In this document: positions 58,592-64,000 of the stretch, in pieces
How the letters are laid out: every line of letters starts with the position of its first letter
How positions within the stretch are numbered: the stretch's first letter is position 1
Assembly: GCA_040954595.2 (NCBI GenBank)
Contig: CM082579.2
Span: 1,315,908-1,379,907, forward strand
Direction: 5' to 3'
Source: Balanoglossus misakiensis
Taxonomy: Eukaryota > Animalia > Hemichordata
Length of the DNA stretch: 64,000 bases
Notes under the pieces: generated by a model
Databases searched by the model: none
The model's input: only the letters and a program-made list of their open reading frames with translations
Told to the model about the DNA's origin: nothing
Position numbers and translations under genes: made by a program

Positions 58592-61500
58592 GATATGGAA
58601 CATTCCTGGTCATCAAACAGCTACTTCTGAAATTTCATTTCCAAAGGGGCCTTCCATTTCCTATGGGTGGGTGGGGTGTTAACGATGAAAGCATTTTGGT
58701 GGAAAATAATGATGTAGATGAAATAATGATCTGTCAACAATCAGTGAATCTCCAAACATAGTAAATTTTAGTCAGTTTTTCATTTAAGTTTTTATATTAA
58801 TTTGTGTTATTCCATTCAAAATCAATGACATCAATGCTAAAAGAAAACTGTATGCCTTTGTAAATTCCAATGGCAATCTTATTGTGCTATCACCAAAAAG
58901 TTTTTTTTTTCACATTTAGCCTTTTACTACTTTGCCTTCCAGTAGGTAAATAGATCATTCTGACTGTGTGCAGATGGAAAATGTAGACAAAAAAAAAATC
59001 CTTTGAAAATTACATAAATACATTTGAGAAATCTTGGCACAAATCTTGTCATATTTGAAATTATACTCAGAAGGGTATACAAAGTTCAGTGTTGTTCATA
59101 CCTTGTTATATCTCCTGTTATATATACCTTGTCAAAGTTTTTTTATTTAATTTTTGATTCAGTATATGTATCTACTCCAATAATGAGCCAACCGGATTTT
59201 TATAAAAACTGCAAATTAATTTGGATATCATTCCAGCAATGTATCATAACCTTTGTTGGGTTGTTTTTGATGAGTGAATATTTGTTGGTAAATTTACATC
59301 CATCATTAATTAATAATGGGAGTTTGGAAGTAATGTTGGTGCCAGGAATGAGACCATGGTTTTTGCCGGTGGTGGTGAAATGGTTGATTACGTTTGTGAA
59401 ACAACTAACAGCATTTATAGTCAAGTCACTTTTGAAAAATAACTGCCTGTTAGTGGCTTGGGCCCTCAAAAATGATCTAGAAAGCATGAAAAGAGAAAAT
59501 GTTACTATTTAGCTAAATACGGTACAAAACGTCGGATCAAAGATACGGAATATTATAGTTGGTGTGTAATAGTGTATTTGAAAATGTGAAGGTATGGTCA
59601 TGTTATGTGTGCCAGCAAGAGGAGAAACAAGGTCATTTGGCTAGGTGTGGTTGCTGCTCTATTTCCCTTTCATGACACAATATGGTTCCCATCCCAAAAT
59701 AGGAGTCACACCCATTTCTTTTTTTTTGTTCTTTTTATAAAGACACTGTGTCATATACTGTGTCCTGTACATTCTGTTTACAAGCAGAGGTCAACAAAAC
59801 CATTCATACCAACATGACCTACCTATTCTGTGTCCATTAAATGAAAGTATGAATGGTCCATGGTTTTTGTTCGTCCTGTAAGAAAGGAGGGCACTATCAC
59901 CCAGTGCAAATGAACACAAATGGCAGGGTGTAATCTGCTTTCATATCCAGTAGGAAATTCTTCACATACAGATGCACATTCTGATAGCTCTGTTGTTTTG
60001 CAACATAGATTTAATGTTGCGAGCAATTAGATTTATTGATTGAAGTTCAGCTAGAAACTAATGTAGGGTCTAATTCAGTTTATTACAATCAAGTGATTAT
60101 TAATTTGAATAATCAGTGCAATTATTTTATTTTTTGATAATTGATTATGAAGTAGGATTTCTCATCATTGTGATACATTTGATTTTCACTGAAAATTGGT
60201 TGAAATGTTTTTAGGTCAAAACAACTGCCATAACATGCATTGAATGATGGGTAATATCCCCCTGGCAACCCCTCACCTGACTCGGTTACTCTTGGAGTGT
60301 CTGCCAAGCTGTGTATTTTTAGACTTCCATTCTTCCTGATGAATACTGTGTTCAGAATATAAATGCATATTTTGCCATCAGTGATAGCACAAACTAAACC
60401 AAACCTAACTTTACAGATCTTGTTTTGGTAATTCTTAATTTTACAGACTTCTTTCTTTATGTTGAAATGTTTTTGTATATATCCGAACACTTCATAACAT
60501 TTTTTTTAAATTTATAAATCACAACAAAACAATATTTTGGTTTGGAAAATGTGACAGAAAATTGTGTGCTAGTATAGAATTTGCCCACATATATTATTTA
60601 GCCTTGTATTTATATCAGTCAGTTTGGTGTGAAAATTTGTTTTCAATATACAAGTGATTTTTTTTAATATTCAGAATGATCATTTTTGTGAAAATTATTT
60701 ATAACAAAATGAGGCTCTTTATTCTTATCCATTGTGTGAAACTTACAGAAATAAGCTTGCCACATACTTTACATCCATAGTCAGAGGACTTGCATGAAGA
60801 TTTTTGATTCTTAGCCCCTGATGTTTCGTTGATGCATTGGTAGCTATTTCAGTTTGAGTCCAGTGTTTGAACTTGAAAGGCTGAGTCATCAGATTGAATC
60901 AAGTAGGAACTATGGCCTTTTATTGTAACCTTCCATCCAAGAACTTGTTCGACTTTTTTTCCTAATTATCCTACGTAAATACAAGTTGACCATCACCTGC
61001 TTAGACTTCAGCTTGAAAAAATCCAAGAGTATGGTCATTTTCTTGAAAATGCATAGATCATACAACATTCCTTTTTAGACACCTCTTTGCTATTTTTTTT
61101 TTCTGATGTACTGGAAGGCAATACTCAAGATTAACAGAACTACCAGCACATGTATTATATCGATATTTATACAGAGACTTCGGTTTTGATGATTTTGACA
61201 TCACACATGTCGAAGAAACTTTTGACACAAGTACAGAAAGAAATTAATACATTAAACAGTCTACTCCCTATTATTCAGGATGCTGGAAAAATTGATGCAT
61301 GTCTCCTTGAGAAATGTTAATTTACAGTTGTCTATTCAAAGACAATAGAAATTTTCAAATACATGTATCCAAGTTCATGCTCTTTGGCAGAAATAACACA
61401 AGAATGATGTTGTGTAATTCTGTGACCTTGATCTGTATAAATTTTGGTTAACTTTGATAAACTTGAGGGTTTCAGTGATCACCTTGAATAATCTGCATTT

Positions 61501-62531
61501 ACCTCCCAACATTTCTAAACTTTTCTAATGATGTTCTTGTATATGCAATGGAAAAATCTTACTTGTGATGTTTTAGAACATTCCCTGTGAGGTTATGATA
61601 ATTGATAATTTACATTATAATATTCAAAGGTTGGAGATATTACCGCACAGGGATTGTTCGGTAGAAAGCCAATCAGTAGTGTGGAATATTGTCATTGGTT
61701 GTCTCTTGATAGGAACACCTGGGAAATAAACTTTTGCAGAGTTTGCCTTCTTGACATGAGGGTTGATGGAAAAGTGTTGTGCCAATGTCAATCTGAAACA
61801 ATTTTTCCTAGATGGGAATTCCTTTGTTTGATGTTTTTCTGCACGATACTCTGCGCGCAAACAATTACGCTGTCATATACACATACCATGCGTAGTATCC
61901 CAAGTGTGCCTGTTAGGGTAAACAATAGATCACAGAGGACAGCCTCTAGGGGGCAGTAATTGAAAATACCAACCAATATACAATGTGATTTCATTGTCAC
62001 AAAGCAATGTTTATCAAAGATGTGCCTCCGATACAGTATTATTTATAATGAACTTACTATTTTTGTAATTAAAATTGGGACATGGAAATAAATCGGTATT
62101 TAACTTTGTCAGTTTTTGTTGTGATTTGATTGAAAGAAAAAACTCCTAAAATGAAAATCTTCTGTAAAAGTACCCATGATTTACTTCTCCGTAGCAATTT
62201 CCTAGCTGCAATAATTGTAGCCCTGGTGGGTTGGTTGATCGCTGACGGGGAGCTTGATCGCTGACGGCCAGTGGAGTCACCGTTTAGATGATTGATTGCA
62301 TTGTATACTCCCTAATTTGGGTCAACGAACTTAACGACCATCTGTGAAAGTATGACTTCTTGCTGCATGTTTCTCCTGTGTATTCATAAGATTTTAGCAG
62401 GCATTAAGGTCCAGACTATAACACTTCTTTCAATTCTATACAAAAATGAAGTGATATTGGTTATAGTTTTCTTTTATCCCTGACTATCTGTCGCCAAGTG
62501 TGTTGAACCATTGACCCTGGCCACGTCGACT

Positions 62532-62567
62532 CATCCATCCATCCATCCATCCATCCATCCATCCATC
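62532..62567. repeat. (CATC)n microsatellite
   Basis: About nine catc units. Confidence 0.9.
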
Positions 62568-62852
62568 CAAACACTGGAATTCATTCCTCGGAGTCCCCAG
62601 GCAAGGGCAGATTTCTTCAAAGCGGGATATCGTTAACACGTCCTTCCAAAGATAATATTTCTCACGACCATGGGAAGAATCACCCCGAACACGAGTGGTG
62701 AATTCCTTCCTAAACGAGGCCACTGTCATCCCGCCCAATATCACAGCATCACTTTGTGACAGACACTCGACAGAGCATTCGCCTCTGTTGAAATTTCTCC
62801 CATTTCCTCTTAGATTGTCCGGCGCGATTTACAATCTTCAAACCAAAGAACG

Positions 62853-63940
62853 ATGTCTTCGAGGACATATTTCGTTCCTGTCATTGCGGTTTTGATATGC
62901 TGTGCTGCGGTATCCTTTGCGTGCAGCCCACCGGGTGGATGGCGACCAAAATCGTGGTCGGACCGTGCATCGATGGCAAACATCGTAGTCTATGGTACCG
63001 TCCTTGAAAAATACCCATCTATTATGTGGGCTTCTTCCTACAGTGCGCTCTTTGAGTTTAAATGTGGGATCAAGGGTAAGCTTGGTTTTATTGATTCTAC
63101 TAAACGTATACGATCATTAGTTTATTGTCCAGTAGCTTGTAAACTATTCCTTTGGCACTATTAAGTCTTTAACTTCGACCAAGAGAAAGTTAATCTTGTG
63201 TAATGTAAGGGAATGGGTACGCATTCGCGTTTCTTCAATCTACGCTAGAAAGAATGTGAAACCAATGACATCGCTATCCAACTGGGGATACCCTTTAATA
63301 GACCGTTGGATGCCTGATTGGACAACTTCATGCGAATTAGTGAGTCGGTTGATGTTTGGGAAACGACCACCTGGGAAGATGTTGCTATCTTTTTTCTGAC
63401 CTCCAGTTGCAATTCTCTCTCTCACTTTCCTATTCTCTGTCAGATGCAGCGATAGTACCACGTTTCGCCAACGTGACGGAGCTTGGTTTCATTCCTGGAC
63501 ACTGCGTTGAAAACAGCGTGGAAGTGGGAGGTAGCTACGTCATCTTTCTGTGGGAACGAGAGGGCGTTTTTCGACCCGCAGCCGTCAACGCGGAAGTCGG
63601 CGTCATTCCGAGCACCGATGAAGTACTTCGCCAGGCAGCGATGATGTGCAACGCCAGTTCAACTTCTGAAGCTCAGGACCCGGATGACGGTTGTCCGGCC
63701 GCAATAGGAGGATGCGGCTCCATCACAATTACTCAGAACAGTGATGTACCCTCCAGAAACAGACCCGTACCCGTCGCTGATGACCCCGGCAGAAATGATT
63801 TTCAGGGTGGAGTCACGCCAAATATTGGTGCCTCGGTCAATGTCACCGGAACACCAAAATCTGGCTCGTCCACTCTGCAAATACCAACGGTTGTTGGGCT
63901 GTTTGGAGTGATGATGACAACGTATAGCGCAGTCTTTTAA
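62853..63940 (+). CDS. Secreted, probably GPI-anchored protein with a CCDC3-N/agrin-NtA (TIMP-like OB fold) domain; 2 exons, ~239 aa
   Basis: Exon 1 62853-63075 (AAG G|gtaagc) plus exon 2 63444-63940 (tcag|AT) total 720 nt in frame. Signal peptide ...AAVSFA followed by CSPPGGWRPKS..ANIVVYGTV..YSALFEFKC..ANVTELGF..HC....VEVGGSYVIFL..AVN..GVIP, similar to the CCDC3 N-terminus as recalled. S/T/P/G stalk and hydrophobic C-terminal tail. Confidence 0.8.
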
Positions 63941-64000
63941 TACAAGTTTTCAGAAAATGGAAATCTTTTATGCCTAGCTGTTCTTTTACATATAACTGTA

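Noticed and set aside
59024-59512. 162-aa ORF downstream of M6
   Set aside because: Non-ATG start, AT-rich composition, no motifs or splice support; lies in the likely 3' UTR.
62235-62267. 14-bp direct repeat ttgatcgctgacgg
   Set aside because: Only two copies, with no array or associated element.

Overview
This is AT-rich, intron-containing animal genomic DNA, not prokaryotic. Gene content and style suggest an invertebrate deuterostome, but the species cannot be determined from the sequence. Most entries in the ORF track are exon fragments or spurious. Hand-spliced gene order: HHIP-like (HHIPL-type) gene (+, 463-4677); Diaphanous formin (-, 7453-21145) with two AT-AC U12 minor introns; a bidirectional promoter; TDRD3 (+, 21692-26186); an unrecognised two-exon basic/coiled-coil orphan gene (-, 27861-29669); four tandem, apparently intact SLC5/SGLT-like sodium:solute symporter genes (+, 30250-51684); tRNA-Lys(UUU) (52141-52213); an M6/PLP/DM20 proteolipid gene (+, 53042-58591); and a two-exon secreted, probably GPI-anchored CCDC3/agrin-NtA-like gene (+, 62853-63940). 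I cannot show a wholly new biological system. The best leads are the SLC5 array with remodelled substrate-pocket residues, the orphan gene, the GPI-type NtA/CCDC3-like protein, the U12 introns, the DIAPH-TDRD3 head-to-head microsynteny and an intronic pre-miRNA-sized hairpin. All coordinates were counted by hand and may be off by a few bases. Homology calls come from recalled motifs, not from database searches.
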